From contig CBDCXL010000001.1 of assembly GCA_965223795.1 (NCBI GenBank), positions 384,001 through 448,000 on the forward strand: DNA of 64,000 bases, in the 5' to 3' direction. Within the stretch, counting starts at the first letter, position 1. Every line of letters starts with the position of its first letter. Positions 40,065 to 53,263 of this stretch are shown here, piece by piece. This stretch comes from Nitrospinales bacterium. GTDB lineage: Bacteria; Nitrospinota; Nitrospinia; Nitrospinales; VA-1. The notes under the pieces were generated by a model, which ran no database searches, was not told where the DNA came from, and was given only the letters and a program-made list of their open reading frames with translations. The position numbers were made by a program, and so were the translations under genes.

Positions 40065-42260
40065 TCAGGGGAAATTGTGCACGGTGATGCGGACTTCCAG
40101 CCCGTCCTGCAGCCAGCCGAAATTGCCGTGACCGGCGACGGTGTGGATGACGCCCTGTTTGTCGATCTTGCGGATGCGGTTGTTGTCGCGGTCGGTGAAA
40201 TACAGATTGCCTTCCGCGTCGAAGCTCATGCGGAAGGGACTTTTGATCTGCGCTTTCAGGGCCGGACCGCCGTCGCCGCTGAAACCGGGAACGCCGGTGC
40301 CCGCGACACGGGCGATGGTGCCGTCTTTGCCGATTTTGCGGATCACGGAACTGGTCTCTTCGAGGATGTACAGCTCTCCGTCCGGGGACAGGGCCAGGCC
40401 GCCCGGCGAGCGAATGCCCGCGCTCAAGGCGGAACCTTCGTCCCCGGTATCGGTGAACGCACCGGAACCGGCGACGGTCTCCACCTTGCCGTCGGTGCCG
40501 ATGCGGCGGATCTTGCTGCTGCCGGAGTCGGACAGGTAGATGTTCCCGGCGTCGTCCACGGCCAGACCGTTGGGATGGATCTCGGAATCGGATGCGTCTT
40601 CTTTGCCGAACACTTTGGTGATGATGCCGTTTTTGTCGATTTTGCGGATGCTGAAATTGGTGCGGTCGGCGATGTAGACGTTGCCCTCCCGGTCGGTGGC
40701 GATGTCGGTGATGCTGTAAAACGAGGCGTCCACGGCCGGGCCGCCGTCGCCCGAATCGCCCTGCAAGCCGTTGCCCGCGAAATGCGAGATGGTGCCGTTT
40801 TTGTCGATCCTGCGGACGTTCCAGCCGTTGCCGGAGCGGCCGGCGAAATAGATGTTGTCCTCGCCGTCGATCGCCATGGCCGAAGGCAGGTAGAGCGTGG
40901 CCTCCAGCGCCGGACCGCCGTCGCCCTCGTTGCCCAGGGTGCCGGTTCCCGCGAAGGTGGTGATGATGCCGTTCTTATCGATCCTGCGGATGCGGTTGTG
41001 GTTCTTTTCCGCGAAGTAGACAGTGCCCTTGCTGTCCACCACCAGTCCCGACGGCGCATTGAGCGTCGCGCCCCGGCCGGGACCGCCGTCGCCCTTGAAC
41101 AGCGAAGTGCCGTTGCCCGCGATGGTGCGCACCGAATTCTTTCTGAGATCGACGCTGCGCACACGGAAATGCGACCGGTCCACCACGATCAGCCGCTGTC
41201 TCTTCTCGTCGAGAGCCAGGGCGAAGGGCAGATGCAGGTTGGTTTCCACGGCGATCTCGCGGTCGCCGTTGAAGTCCGGCTTGCCGGTGCCCATGAACGT
41301 GGTGATGACGCCCTGCGGATCGACTTTGCGGATACGGTTGTTGTTGCGGTCGGCGATGTACAGGTTGCCCGCCCCGTCCGCGACCACGTCGGTCGGGTAG
41401 GCGAGGCTGGACCGGCTGGCCGGGCCGTAATCGCCGCTGAAGGAGTGCATGCCGTCTCCGGCGACGGTGGTGATGGTGCCGCCCGAAGGCGTCACCTTGC
41501 GGATGCGGTTGTTGCCCCGGTCGGCGATGTACAGGTTGCCTTTTTTGTCCAGGCAGATGCCGAAGGGGTACTTGAGCAGCGCGTCCTCAGCCGGACCGAA
41601 ATCGCCGCCGTATTCCGCCGGGCCGAGACCGGCGACGGTGGTGATCCTGCCGTCCGCATCCACCTTGCGGACGCGGTTGTTGGAGCGGTCGGAAATATAA
41701 AGATTGCCCGCATCGTCGAGCGCAAGGTCCGACGGCAGATTCAGGCTGGCTTCCAGTGCCGGGCCCTCGTCTCCCATCATGTCAGCCTCGCCGTTGCCCG
41801 CAATGGTTGTGATGATCCCATCCGGACTCACCTTGCGGATGCGGTGGTTGTTGCGGTCGGCGATGAACAGATTGCCCTTTTCGTCCAGCACCAGGCCGGC
41901 GGGAAAATTCAGTTCCGCTGCAACGGCCGGTCCGCCGTCGCCGCTGAACCCTGCGGTCCCGGTTCCCGCCACGGTAATGATGGTTCCGTCGGCGCTGATC
42001 CTGCGGATGCGGTTTTTCGAGCGGTGGGAGATATAGATATCGCCGTCCGGACCGACGGCGACGCCGTCCACCAGAGTCAGGGTCACGTCGGTGGCGGGGC
42101 TGCCGTCCTGCACGTCTGCAAACGGCTGCGCGGGAATCGCCGCGGCGATGCCGGCGGCGCACAACAGGCCGAGACCCACGGCGAAGGCCGTGATTCGTTT
42201 GACGTGCTTGCGCGGATCGTGTCTTGCTGGAACGTTTCTATTCATTATAGATAGGATCAT
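40065..42260 (-). CDS. Exported NHL-repeat protein (12 repeats, double beta-propeller)
   Basis: Twelve P..L..D..GNLYIAD..N.RIRK repeats linked by AG.G..G..GDGGPA; N-terminal hydrophobic segment. Confidence 0.92.
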   Translation of the reverse strand: MILSIMNRNVPARHDPRKHVKRITAFAVGLGLLCAAGIAAAIPAQPFADVQDGSPATDVTLTLVDGVAVGPDGDIYISHRSKNRIRRISADGTIITVAGTGTAGFSGDGGPAVAAELNFPAGLVLDEKGNLFIADRNNHRIRKVSPDGIITTIAGNGEADMMGDEGPALEASLNLPSDLALDDAGNLYISDRSNNRVRKVDADGRITTVAGLGPAEYGGDFGPAEDALLKYPFGICLDKKGNLYIADRGNNRIRKVTPSGGTITTVAGDGMHSFSGDYGPASRSSLAYPTDVVADGAGNLYIADRNNNRIRKVDPQGVITTFMGTGKPDFNGDREIAVETNLHLPFALALDEKRQRLIVVDRSHFRVRSVDLRKNSVRTIAGNGTSLFKGDGGPGRGATLNAPSGLVVDSKGTVYFAEKNHNRIRRIDKNGIITTFAGTGTLGNEGDGGPALEATLYLPSAMAIDGEDNIYFAGRSGNGWNVRRIDKNGTISHFAGNGLQGDSGDGGPAVDASFYSITDIATDREGNVYIADRTNFSIRKIDKNGIITKVFGKEDASDSEIHPNGLAVDDAGNIYLSDSGSSKIRRIGTDGKVETVAGSGAFTDTGDEGSALSAGIRSPGGLALSPDGELYILEETSSVIRKIGKDGTIARVAGTGVPGFSGDGGPALKAQIKSPFRMSFDAEGNLYFTDRDNNRIRKIDKQGVIHTVAGHGNFGWLQDGLEVRITVHNFP

Positions 42261-42292
42261 GCGGGTATGCGGTTGCTCTTGTTCCCCGGTTT

Positions 42293-43090
42293 TCAGCGGG
42301 TGATCACCCGGACTCCTTTTTGCTTGGAAACGCGGAACGCTTCGACCTGCGTTTCCGGGCTCAGGTTGTTCATCACCATATCGAGGATCTCGAGATCCGG
42401 GTAATGGCTGGATTCCATGATCGCGCGCGCGCCCGCATCGCCGATGTTGTTCTGCCCCAGATACAGGGCCTTGAGCTTGGGGAAATTATCGGACTGCGCC
42501 AGGGCCACCGCGCCGCCCTCGCCGATCTCGTTGCGGAACAGATTGAGCGTTTCCAGATTCGGGAACGCCTTCACCTTCGCCAGCTCGGACGCGCCCAGCG
42601 GCGTGATGAGGTTGTCGTTCAGCATCAGGGTCTTGAGGTTCTGAAAGTTCTTCGATTGCGCGACGAACTCGAAGGCCTCGTCGCCGATTTCATTCTTCCA
42701 CAGCTTGAGCGACTCCAGCTGAGTGAGGTGCGGGGATTCGGCCAGCGCCTTGAGCCCCACGTCCCCCGCCAGGTTGCCCCACAGGTCGAGATGTTTGAGG
42801 TTCGCCAGATGAGGGGATTTGGCCAGCGCCTTGACGCCGCGCGCCTTGATCCTGTTGCCCTGCAGGCGCAGGGTGGTGACGGTGGACAGGGCTTCCATCT
42901 GCGCCAGTTTTTTCGCGCCCTTGGGACCGATGATCATGCCGGTCAGATCGAGCACGGTGCCGTTCTGGCCGATGCGTTTCGCAATCTGGGTTTCGAAGTC
43001 TTCGGCGGCGGCGCACAGCCCCGTTACGGCCAGTGTGACGACTGCCCCCAGCGCCCAGGTTCGAAACGTCTTTATAAAATCGCGTTTCAT
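42293..43090 (-). CDS. Exported leucine-rich repeat protein
   Basis: Signal-peptide-like N-terminus, same LRR type as 39092..40051. Confidence 0.9.
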   Translation of the reverse strand: MKRDFIKTFRTWALGAVVTLAVTGLCAAAEDFETQIAKRIGQNGTVLDLTGMIIGPKGAKKLAQMEALSTVTTLRLQGNRIKARGVKALAKSPHLANLKHLDLWGNLAGDVGLKALAESPHLTQLESLKLWKNEIGDEAFEFVAQSKNFQNLKTLMLNDNLITPLGASELAKVKAFPNLETLNLFRNEIGEGGAVALAQSDNFPKLKALYLGQNNIGDAGARAIMESSHYPDLEILDMVMNNLSPETQVEAFRVSKQKGVRVITR

Positions 43091-43123
43091 GGTGGACCCC
43101 GTTCGCTTCGGTTTGAAGAGGTT

Positions 43124-43807
43124 CTAGGCTATCAGATATTTAAAGATAGTGTATATGATTTTTGTGCCCGCTTTCACGGTTCCGGAAACGGTTCCGGTGA
43201 TTTTCGACACGCCCAGACGCTCACGGTAATGCACGGGAATTTCCGCGATCCGCAGCCCCTGGCGGACGGCCTTGATCTGCATTTCCACGGTCCAGCCGAA
43301 ATTGGTGTCGGCCATTCCCAGCGATTCCAGCGAATCTCTGCGGATGGCGCGGAACGGGCCGAGATCGGTGAACCGATACCCGAAAAACAGCCGCATGAGA
43401 AACACCGCAAGCTGGTTGCCGTACCGGGACTGGGGCAGCAGCGCGGCGCGGCTTTCGGGCAGGATCATGCGGCTGCCGAGGACGAAATCCTTCTCATCGC
43501 GGATGATGGGTTCCAGCAGCAGGGTGATCTCTTCCGGCGTGTCGCTGTAATCGGCATCGAGGAACACCACGATGTCCGGGTGGTCGAGCTCGGCGATGCC
43601 CGCGAGGCAGGCGGAACCGTAACCGCGGCGTTGTTCCTCGATCACGCGCGCGCCGTGCTGTTCAGCGATCCCGGCGGTGTTGTCGGTGGAGCCGTTGTCG
43701 ACGACGATGATTTCGTGCAGGATTTCCCGGGGCAGATGGCTCAGCACCTCGCCGATGGACAGCTCCTCGTTGAGGGCGGGAATGATGACGGACACGCGCG
43801 GCTGCAT
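43124..43807 (-). CDS. Glycosyltransferase family 2 (DPM1-like)
   Basis: VIIPALNEE, IVVDNGSTD.T, GYGSA, FLDAD and TDLGPFRAI motifs. Confidence 0.92.
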   Translation of the reverse strand: MQPRVSVIIPALNEELSIGEVLSHLPREILHEIIVVDNGSTDNTAGIAEQHGARVIEEQRRGYGSACLAGIAELDHPDIVVFLDADYSDTPEEITLLLEPIIRDEKDFVLGSRMILPESRAALLPQSRYGNQLAVFLMRLFFGYRFTDLGPFRAIRRDSLESLGMADTNFGWTVEMQIKAVRQGLRIAEIPVHYRERLGVSKITGTVSGTVKAGTKIIYTIFKYLIA

Positions 43808-43822
43808 GGTTCGGTGTCCGGT

Positions 43823-44626
43823 TCAGTCCAGTTGCGTAACGGCCTGCTTCACGTCGGCGACGAAGCGCCCCACCTTAGCGTCGCGTTCCCCGGCGTCGCC
43901 GTTCTGCTCGATCAGGCGCACGATGGCGGAGCCGACGATGATTCCGTCGGCAATGCGGGCGGCCTCTTTTGCCTGCTCCGGACTGGAAATGCCGAAGCCG
44001 ACGAGCACCGGCAGGTTGGCGGCGCTCTGGATTTCGGCGACCTTGTCTTTCAGTCCTTCGGCGAGGGAGGCGCGCACGCCCGTGGTGCCGGTGAGCGAAA
44101 CGTAATAAATGAAACCCCGGCTTTTCCCGGCCACCCTGCGGACCCGTTCGCCGGTGCTGGTGGGCGCGAGCAGAAAGATCACGTCGAGGCCCTTAGCGTC
44201 GGCGCTGGTGGAAAATTCCTCCGATTCTTCGGGCGGCAGATCGGGAACGATGACGCCGTCCACGCCCGCCTTGACCGCGTCGTTCACGAACGCCTCCTGA
44301 CCGTAGGCGAACACGGGATTGAAACTGGTCATCAGCACGATGGGCAGTTCGGATTGTGTGCGGATGTCGGCGACCAGGGCGAGGATCTTTTTCAGCGTGG
44401 TGCCGCTTTTCAGGGCGCGCTGGGCGGAAGCCTGGATCACCGGGCCGTCCGCCAGCGGGTCGGAAAACGGCACGCCCAGTTCGATGATATCTGCCCCGCC
44501 CTGCTCGATCACGCCGAACAGCCTGCGGGTGGCGGCGAGATCCGGATCACCGGCGGTGATGAAGGCGACGAACGCCTTGCGGTTCTGCGATCTCAGGTTT
44601 TCAAAGCAGGCGGCGATGCGGTTCAC
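43823..44626 (-). CDS. trpA: Tryptophan synthase alpha subunit
   Basis: [36 protein letters not shown] and VGFGIS motifs. Confidence 0.97.
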   Translation of the reverse strand: MNRIAACFENLRSQNRKAFVAFITAGDPDLAATRRLFGVIEQGGADIIELGVPFSDPLADGPVIQASAQRALKSGTTLKKILALVADIRTQSELPIVLMTSFNPVFAYGQEAFVNDAVKAGVDGVIVPDLPPEESEEFSTSADAKGLDVIFLLAPTSTGERVRRVAGKSRGFIYYVSLTGTTGVRASLAEGLKDKVAEIQSAANLPVLVGFGISSPEQAKEAARIADGIIVGSAIVRLIEQNGDAGERDAKVGRFVADVKQAVTQLD

Positions 44627-45834
44627 AGTTCAGCTCCCAGTTTTTCGGCCACCTGGTTCACGTCCTTGTCGCCGCGGCCGGACAGGCACACGACGATGAT
44701 CTCGTCTTTTTTCATTTTCGGCGCCATGCGCGTGAGATGCGCGATGGCGTGCGCCGATTCGAGCGCCGGGATGATGCCCTCGACCTTCGACAGCAGCTTG
44801 AATCCTTCCAGGGCTTCGTCGTCGGTGATCGAGACGTATTCGGCGCGGCCGGTTTCCTTGAAATGGCTGTGCTCGCAGCCGACGCCCGGATAGTCGAGCC
44901 CGGCGGAGATGGAGTGCGCCTCGGTGATCTGGCCGTCGTCGTCGTACAGCAGGTAGCTCATCATGCCGTGCAGCACGCCGGTGCGCCCGTGGCCCAGCGT
45001 CGCGCCGTGCTTGCCGGTCTCGATGCCGTGTCCGGCCGCTTCGACGCCCACAAGGCGGACACCTTCATCCTTATGAAACGGGTAAAACAGCCCCATGGCG
45101 TTGCTGCCGCCGCCGACGCAGGCCACGCAGGCGTCGGGCAGGCGGTTTTCCTGTGCCAGGATCTGCTCTTTCGCCTCGTCGCCGATGATGCGCTGGAAAT
45201 CGCGCACGATCATGGGATAGGGATGCGGCCCCACCACCGAGCCGATGATGTAGTGCGTGGTTTCAACGGTGGTGATCCAGTTGCGGATGGCTTCGCTGGT
45301 CGCGTCCTTGAGGGTGCGCGTTCCCGCCTTGACGGGAATGACCTTCGCGCCGAGAAGGTGCATGCGGAACACGTTGAGCGCCTGGCGGCGCATGTCCTCC
45401 TCGCCCATGAACACGTCGCACTCCAGCCCGAACAGGGCGGCGGCGGTGGCGGAAGCGACGCCGTGCTGCCCGGCCCCGGTTTCGGCGATGATGCGCTTTT
45501 TGCCCATGCGCAGCGCCAGCAGGGCGCTGCCGATGGTGTTGTTGATCTTGTGCGCGCCGGTGTGGTTCAGGTCCTCGCGTTTTAAGTAGATCTTCGCGCC
45601 GCCCAGATGGCGGGTGAGGTTTTGCGCGAAGTACAGCGGCGACGGCCGGCCGGTGTATTCCTTGAGGTAATGGTTCAACTGCCGGGTGAACTCGGGGTCC
45701 TCGCGCGCTTCCTTGTAGACGGTTTCCAGTTCCTCCAGCGCGGGCATCAGCGTTTCGATGACGTATTTCCCGCCGAAAGGACCGAAATGACCGCTGGCGT
45801 CGGGCCATTCGATTTGTTGTGCCGGATTTCCCAT
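44623..45834 (-). CDS. trpB: Tryptophan synthase beta subunit
   Basis: [33 protein letters not shown] and [12 protein letters not shown] motifs. Start trimmed from the longer ORF. Confidence 0.97.
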   Translation of the reverse strand: MGNPAQQIEWPDASGHFGPFGGKYVIETLMPALEELETVYKEAREDPEFTRQLNHYLKEYTGRPSPLYFAQNLTRHLGGAKIYLKREDLNHTGAHKINNTIGSALLALRMGKKRIIAETGAGQHGVASATAAALFGLECDVFMGEEDMRRQALNVFRMHLLGAKVIPVKAGTRTLKDATSEAIRNWITTVETTHYIIGSVVGPHPYPMIVRDFQRIIGDEAKEQILAQENRLPDACVACVGGGSNAMGLFYPFHKDEGVRLVGVEAAGHGIETGKHGATLGHGRTGVLHGMMSYLLYDDDGQITEAHSISAGLDYPGVGCEHSHFKETGRAEYVSITDDEALEGFKLLSKVEGIIPALESAHAIAHLTRMAPKMKKDEIIVVCLSGRGDKDVNQVAEKLGAEL

Positions 45835-45896
45835 GTCTGTTTCAAACGCTCCTGAAAGTTTCGATTTGTTCTTCTCTATAAGGACCGGTTGCGCTG

Positions 45897-46526
45897 TTAC
45901 CGTTTCGCCGCCGCCTGCACGAACGCCTGGACTTTGTCCGCGTCCTTGACGCCGGGCGTTTTCTCGACGCCGGAGCAGACATCCACCGCGTAGGGCCGCA
46001 CCTGCCGGACCGCCCGGCGCACGTTGTCGGGGGTCAGCCCCCCGGCCAGGATGACGGGCCCGTATTTCTTGCCCTTTAGCGCCAGGCTCCAGTCGAAGGT
46101 TTCTCCGGTGCCGCCCTGCGCCTGGGTGGAAAAGGCGTCGAGCAGGAACCCGCTGACCGGATAGCGGTCGAGCCCCTTGAGCGAAGCGGCGTTTTCCACG
46201 CGCACGGCCTTGATCACCTTGCGGCGGATGCGTTTGCAGAACGCGGGTGTTTCCTCGCCGTGCAGCTGCACCGCGTCGAGTCCGCAGGAATCGGCGACGC
46301 GGTTGATCCTGTCGGCGGTCTCGTTCACGAACACGCCCACGGTTTCGACGAACGGCGGCAGGGCCCGCACGATCTGCTTCACGGTCTGCACGGCGACGAA
46401 GCGCGGACTCTTGCGGTAAAAAATGAATCCCAGCGCGTCCGCCCCGCACTCGACCGCGTGCAGTGCGTCCTTGAGGCTGGTGTTGCCGCAGATTTTCACC
46501 TTCACGTTGGCCGCCGGATCGCTCAT
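45897..46526 (-). CDS. trpF: Phosphoribosylanthranilate isomerase
   Basis: VKICG, VQLHGEE, GGTG..FDW, ILAGGL.P.NV and VDV.SGVE motifs. Confidence 0.95.
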   Translation of the reverse strand: MSDPAANVKVKICGNTSLKDALHAVECGADALGFIFYRKSPRFVAVQTVKQIVRALPPFVETVGVFVNETADRINRVADSCGLDAVQLHGEETPAFCKRIRRKVIKAVRVENAASLKGLDRYPVSGFLLDAFSTQAQGGTGETFDWSLALKGKKYGPVILAGGLTPDNVRRAVRQVRPYAVDVCSGVEKTPGVKDADKVQAFVQAAAKR

Positions 46527-46637
46527 GAACACTTTTTCCTGTAATTTTATTTTCTTATGCTTTAAAATCCGTTTCGCAGCTGTCCTGGTTGTTCCCTTTC
46601 TTTTCTTTTACCAACCGCTCCACCCAAAAAAGCGCTC

Positions 46638-47057
46638 ATGAGACACTTCAAAACCTTCGCGATTTCCGTTTTTGTCTGCCTGACCTTTCTGTTGGCCGGT
46701 TGCGGTACCACCGAAAACATCGACGGCGTGGACGTGCGCACCGATTTTCAGGGGCGCGGCGTCAAAACCTTTCAGGTGCCCGTGTTTCCCCTCTACGAGG
46801 CCACGCTGGAAGCGCTGAAAAACATGAACCTGCCTCTCGATGACAACATCGAGCTGGAAGACAAGTACCAGCTCACGTCCGAAACCGACAAGCACAACAT
46901 CATCATCGACCTGGAAGGCATCGGACCGAAAATCTCCCGCATCACGGTGCGCGCCCAGGAAGGCGGCTTCTTTTCCCTGTCCAACAACGAGGCGATGGGA
47001 CGCGAGATCATCAAGGAAACCGCGCTGGTGCTCGAATCCAAGGGCATCATCGAGTAG
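46638..47057 (+). CDS. Lipoprotein (DUF3568-like)
   Basis: Lipobox LAGC. Lies antisense between trpC and trpF. Family assignment tentative. Confidence 0.7.
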   Translation: MRHFKTFAISVFVCLTFLLAGCGTTENIDGVDVRTDFQGRGVKTFQVPVFPLYEATLEALKNMNLPLDDNIELEDKYQLTSETDKHNIIIDLEGIGPKISRITVRAQEGGFFSLSNNEAMGREIIKETALVLESKGIIE

Positions 47058-47075
47058 CAAACTCTTGCTCGCCGT

Positions 47076-47888
47076 TCAGGTCTGTTCCGCCGCTGAAATT
47101 TTTCTGGCCGACAGCGTCTTGAGCGTATCGGCCCGATTCTGCGCGCGCATCAGGCTCTCGCCCACCAGAAACGCGTGCGCTCCCAGCGCTTCCATCTCCT
47201 CGATCTGCGCGCGTTCGTGAATTCCGCTCTCCACCACCAGCACGTTTCCCGGCACCTGCTTCGCCATCGGGATCAGCCGCCTCGATATGTCCAGGTGCGT
47301 CTTGCCTGAAGTGAGGTCGCGGTTGTTGATGCCGATGATCGACGCGCCGGAGGCGAACGCCTTTTCCATATCGGCTTCGTGGTGCGTTTCCACCAGAGCC
47401 GGGATGCCGATCTCTTCCCCCAGCGCCAAAAGATCCGCCAGGTGGTTTTTGTCCAGCGAGGTCGCGATCAGCAGAAAAAAATCGGCGCCACAGGCGCGCG
47501 ATTCGTGCACCTGGTATTCGTCGAAAATGAAATCCTTGCGCAACAGCGGCGTCGAAACCGCCGCGCGCACGCTTTCGAATGCTTCCAGGCTGCCGCCGAA
47601 ATGCCGGCTTTCGGTCAGGATGGAGATGGCGGCGGCGCCGTTGTCCGCGTAGCTTCTGCCGATCTCCACCGCGTCGAAATCGGCGAGCAGCTCGCCCTTG
47701 AACGGCGTGCGCCGTTTGATCTCGGCGATGATGCGCGAGAGTTCGGATCGCTCCAGCGCGTGACGCACATCCTGGACCGCAGGGCGTTCGCTGGCGCGGC
47801 CCTTGATCTCGCTGAGCGGCGTCCTGCGCTTCGCCTCGTCCAGCGCTTCTTTTTTATCGGCGAATATTTTATCCAGTATGGTCGGCAT
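47076..47888 (-). CDS. trpC: Indole-3-glycerol phosphate synthase
   Basis: ILDKI, IIAEIKR, SILTE..HFGG, LRKDFI.D.YQ, GINNRDL and ESGI motifs. Confidence 0.95.
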   Translation of the reverse strand: MPTILDKIFADKKEALDEAKRRTPLSEIKGRASERPAVQDVRHALERSELSRIIAEIKRRTPFKGELLADFDAVEIGRSYADNGAAAISILTESRHFGGSLEAFESVRAAVSTPLLRKDFIFDEYQVHESRACGADFFLLIATSLDKNHLADLLALGEEIGIPALVETHHEADMEKAFASGASIIGINNRDLTSGKTHLDISRRLIPMAKQVPGNVLVVESGIHERAQIEEMEALGAHAFLVGESLMRAQNRADTLKTLSARKISAAEQT

Positions 47889-47899
47889 GGTGCGTGTGC

Positions 47900-48909
<1,010 letters not shown>

Positions 48910-48913
<4 letters not shown>

Positions 48914-49494
48914 GCGTTGACCCGCGCCGCCGGCATGTTGAGAAAATTCTTCAACAGATCCTTGCCCGAAAGCGTCAGGATCGATTCGGGATGAAACTGC
49001 ACGCCCTCCAGCGGCAGCTCCTTGTGGCGGATGCCCATGATCTCGCCGTCGTCGCTTTCGGCGGAGATGAGGAAACAGTCCGGCAGGCTTTTGCGTTCCA
49101 GCACCAGCGAATGGTAGCGGGTCGCCTCGAACGGGTTGGGCAGGTTTTCGAACAACTGTTTGCCGTCGTGACGGATCATCGAGGTCTTGCCGTGCATCAG
49201 GCGCCCGGCTTTGACGATCTTCGCCCCCATCGCCTGGCCGACGGACTGATGCCCCAGGCACACGCCGAGAATCGGGATCTTGCCCGCGAAACGCCGCACC
49301 AGGTCGACGGAGATGCCCGCCTTGTCCGGCGTGCAGGGACCGGGAGAGATGACGATCTTGTCCGGCGCCCGCGCTTCGATCTCATCGAGGCCGATCTTGT
49401 CGTTGCGAAACACCTCCAGCTCCGCGCCCAGCTCGCCCATGTACTGGACGAGGTTGTAGGTGAAGGAATCGTAATTGTCGATCATCAGGATCAT
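48910..49494 (-). CDS. trpG: Anthranilate synthase component II (glutamine amidotransferase)
   Basis: [28 protein letters not shown] and GVQFHPES motifs. GAGGAG RBS. Confidence 0.93.
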
Positions 49495-49567
49495 GCCGGG
49501 CACTCCTCGATTTCCCGCCGGAAACCGTCCGGCCTGATCGGGCTATTATAGCGTATTCCCGCCGGCG

Positions 49568-51061
<1,494 letters not shown>

Positions 51062-51200
51062 GAGACGGCGCGGGTTTTCCGGCTCTTTGCCTCAGAATGT
51101 CCGCTTCGGCGATTCCGGGCGCGGGCGCCTTTGAGACAATGGCTTGATTAAACGGCGGTTAAAGTCAAAATCATATTAAATTCAAGGGTTTAGCCCTATG

Positions 51201-51230
51201 ACATTAGCATCCGGCGCGTGAGGGTGTCAA
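51201..51230 (-). promoter_or_regulatory. sigma70 promoter for trpE
   Basis: TTGACA-N18-TAATGT with extended -10 TG. Confidence 0.55.
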
Positions 51231-51267
51231 GCAATTAGAAACCCTTGCATTCGCTTCAGTTGGGCCA

Positions 51268-51291
51268 TCCTTCGACAGGCTCAGGATGACA
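51268..51291. repeat. REP-like half element
   Basis: TCCTTCGACAGGCTCAGGATGACA, same family as 1200-1242. Confidence 0.8.
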
Positions 51292-51338
51292 TCTGAGGAG
51301 CCGTGTTTTTCTGAATGGTCCATCCAGAAACCAGAGGA

Positions 51339-52172
51339 TCACTCGACGGGTTTCCAGTCCTCGCCGTTCCAGTGGAGGATGAGGCCGTTGTCGCCCACGG
51401 CGTAGATGTTTTCCTCGGACGTGCCCCAGATGGCGGTCAGGTATTCCTTGGTGTTGGATTCGATGCGGGTCCACTGGTCGCCTTCCAGAAACAGGATCAT
51501 GCCTTCGTCGCCCACGGCGAACACCATGTCGCTGGAGGGTCCCCAGACATCGAGGAAAAATTCCATGGTGCGGGAGGGCATTTCGGTGAACTCGGCGCCG
51601 TTGAAACGGAAGATGGCGCCGTCGGAACCGACGATGTACATCTCCTTCGGGCCGAACCCGTAAAACCCGTAAAACTCGGCGTTGCAATTGAAGGTCAGGC
51701 GCACCCACTGATCGCCCTCCTGCCTGAGGACGAGCCCGTCGTAACCGACCGCGTGCATCCCGGATTCCCTGCAACCCCAGAGCCGGGTGATGTCGGTGTC
51801 GGTGCCGGTGCGCAGAAATTTCCATTCGCTGCCGTCGAAGCGCAGGATTTTCCCCAGCCGGGAACAGGCGTACACTTCGTCGGGCCCCAGCCCGAAGATG
51901 CCGGTCATGGGCGGCAACTTGTCGGTCTGCATGGGCTTCCATTCGCTGCCGTCGTAATGCAGGATCACGCCGTCGGTGGCGACGGCGAACACGTTGTCGG
52001 GCGCGCTGCCCCACAGCCCCTTGATGGTGTAGCGGGACCGGCCGGTCAGCTCCATTTTTTTCCATTCATTGCCGTCGAAGTGCAGCAGGGTGCCTTCGGC
52101 GCCGCCGATGAAGATGTCGTTTTCGCCGAACCCGGTAATGGACAGGAGATGGTTTTCAGTCAGTCGCGGCAT
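51339..52172 (-). CDS. Seven-bladed beta-propeller repeat protein
   Basis: Seven ~39 aa repeats L..IWG....IYAVG..G.ILHYDG..W; no signal peptide. Confidence 0.88.
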   Translation of the reverse strand: MPRLTENHLLSITGFGENDIFIGGAEGTLLHFDGNEWKKMELTGRSRYTIKGLWGSAPDNVFAVATDGVILHYDGSEWKPMQTDKLPPMTGIFGLGPDEVYACSRLGKILRFDGSEWKFLRTGTDTDITRLWGCRESGMHAVGYDGLVLRQEGDQWVRLTFNCNAEFYGFYGFGPKEMYIVGSDGAIFRFNGAEFTEMPSRTMEFFLDVWGPSSDMVFAVGDEGMILFLEGDQWTRIESNTKEYLTAIWGTSEENIYAVGDNGLILHWNGEDWKPVE

Positions 52173-52230
52173 AATGAATTTCGTTTTACGTGTTCGATGA
52201 ACAGGTTCTGTTATTGATTAAAACTTTTTC

Positions 52231-52254
52231 TGTCACCCTGAGACTGTCGAAGGG
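52231..52254. repeat. REP-like half element
   Basis: TGTCACCCTGAGACTGTCGAAGGG, inverted relative to 51268-51291. Confidence 0.75.
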
Positions 52255-52267
52255 GGACGCATTGCTT

Positions 52268-53104
52268 TCACAGCGACATGTCGGTCCACTGCGTGCCATC
52301 GTACTTGATGACGGCGCCGTTGTCGCCCACCGCAAAGACGCGATCCTTGCCCAGCCCCCGCACTTTGGTGAAGTAATCCTCGCGCGGCGGCTGCATGGGG
52401 GACCAGGCTTTGCCGTCGTAATGCAGGATCACGGCGTTGTCGCCGACGGCGAAGATGTCGTCCTCGCCCGTGCCCCAGACGCTCAGCAGGTATTCCTCGG
52501 TGCCCGATTCCATTTTGTTCCATTCGCTGCCGTCAAAGTGCAGGATGGTGCCGTACGAGCCCACCACGTAGACGTTGTCGGTGCGGGTTCCCCACACGCC
52601 ATAAAGCGAAATGGTTTCTTCGGTCAGCTCCTCTTTGCGCTGGAACTGCTGGCCGTCGTAGAAGCGGAACACGCCCTCCCCGCCCACGGCGTAAATGTGG
52701 TTGATGTCCTCGCCCCACATGCCGAAGATGTCGTGGATGGTGTTGGGCTCGCGGTAGTTCCATTTTTCGCCGTCCCAGAACAGCATGCGGCCGCCGACGC
52801 CGTAGAAGAAAATGTTGTCGGCGTCGAAGCCGAACGCGGAGTTTAAGGAGTCGTAGCTTCCGGTGTCGATCATGTTCCAGACTTTGCCGTCATAGTGCAG
52901 GACGACGCCGCCGATGCCCACGGCGTAGATGTTGTTCTCATCGGAAGCCCAGATGCCCATGAGGGGATTGGTGTTTTCGGTGCGCACCGGCAGCCATTCC
53001 TCGCCGTCGTAATGCTGCGGAATGCCGTCCTTGCCGACGACATAGATACTGTTTTCACTGAACGCCCAGAAATCGAGCAGATCGGGTTTTTCTCCGGTGA
53101 ACAT
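52268..53104 (-). CDS. Seven-bladed beta-propeller repeat protein (paralog)
   Basis: Seven repeats of the same type; GAGG RBS; no signal peptide. Confidence 0.88.
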   Translation of the reverse strand: MFTGEKPDLLDFWAFSENSIYVVGKDGIPQHYDGEEWLPVRTENTNPLMGIWASDENNIYAVGIGGVVLHYDGKVWNMIDTGSYDSLNSAFGFDADNIFFYGVGGRMLFWDGEKWNYREPNTIHDIFGMWGEDINHIYAVGGEGVFRFYDGQQFQRKEELTEETISLYGVWGTRTDNVYVVGSYGTILHFDGSEWNKMESGTEEYLLSVWGTGEDDIFAVGDNAVILHYDGKAWSPMQPPREDYFTKVRGLGKDRVFAVGDNGAVIKYDGTQWTDMSL

Positions 53105-53263
53105 GACGCCTCATGAATATGGAACGGTTCCGGAAGGATGACCAAACCGGTCTGGAGTTTTGCAGCAGTATACCCTATTTTTACGGCTTGCGGTCTGCGG
53201 CGCGCGGTGCGGCATCACCGGGGCTGCGCCTTGAACGGGGCAGTGCCGCGCTCAACCGGAGGA

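Noticed and set aside
44623..46449. Apparent 608 aa TrpF-TrpB fusion
   Set aside because: The upstream part is an off-frame read through trpF. TrpF has its own frame and stop at 45897.
51062..51200. Trp attenuator leader peptide upstream of trpE
   Set aside because: I found no TGG codon on the minus strand in the leader and no terminator hairpin with a U tract.
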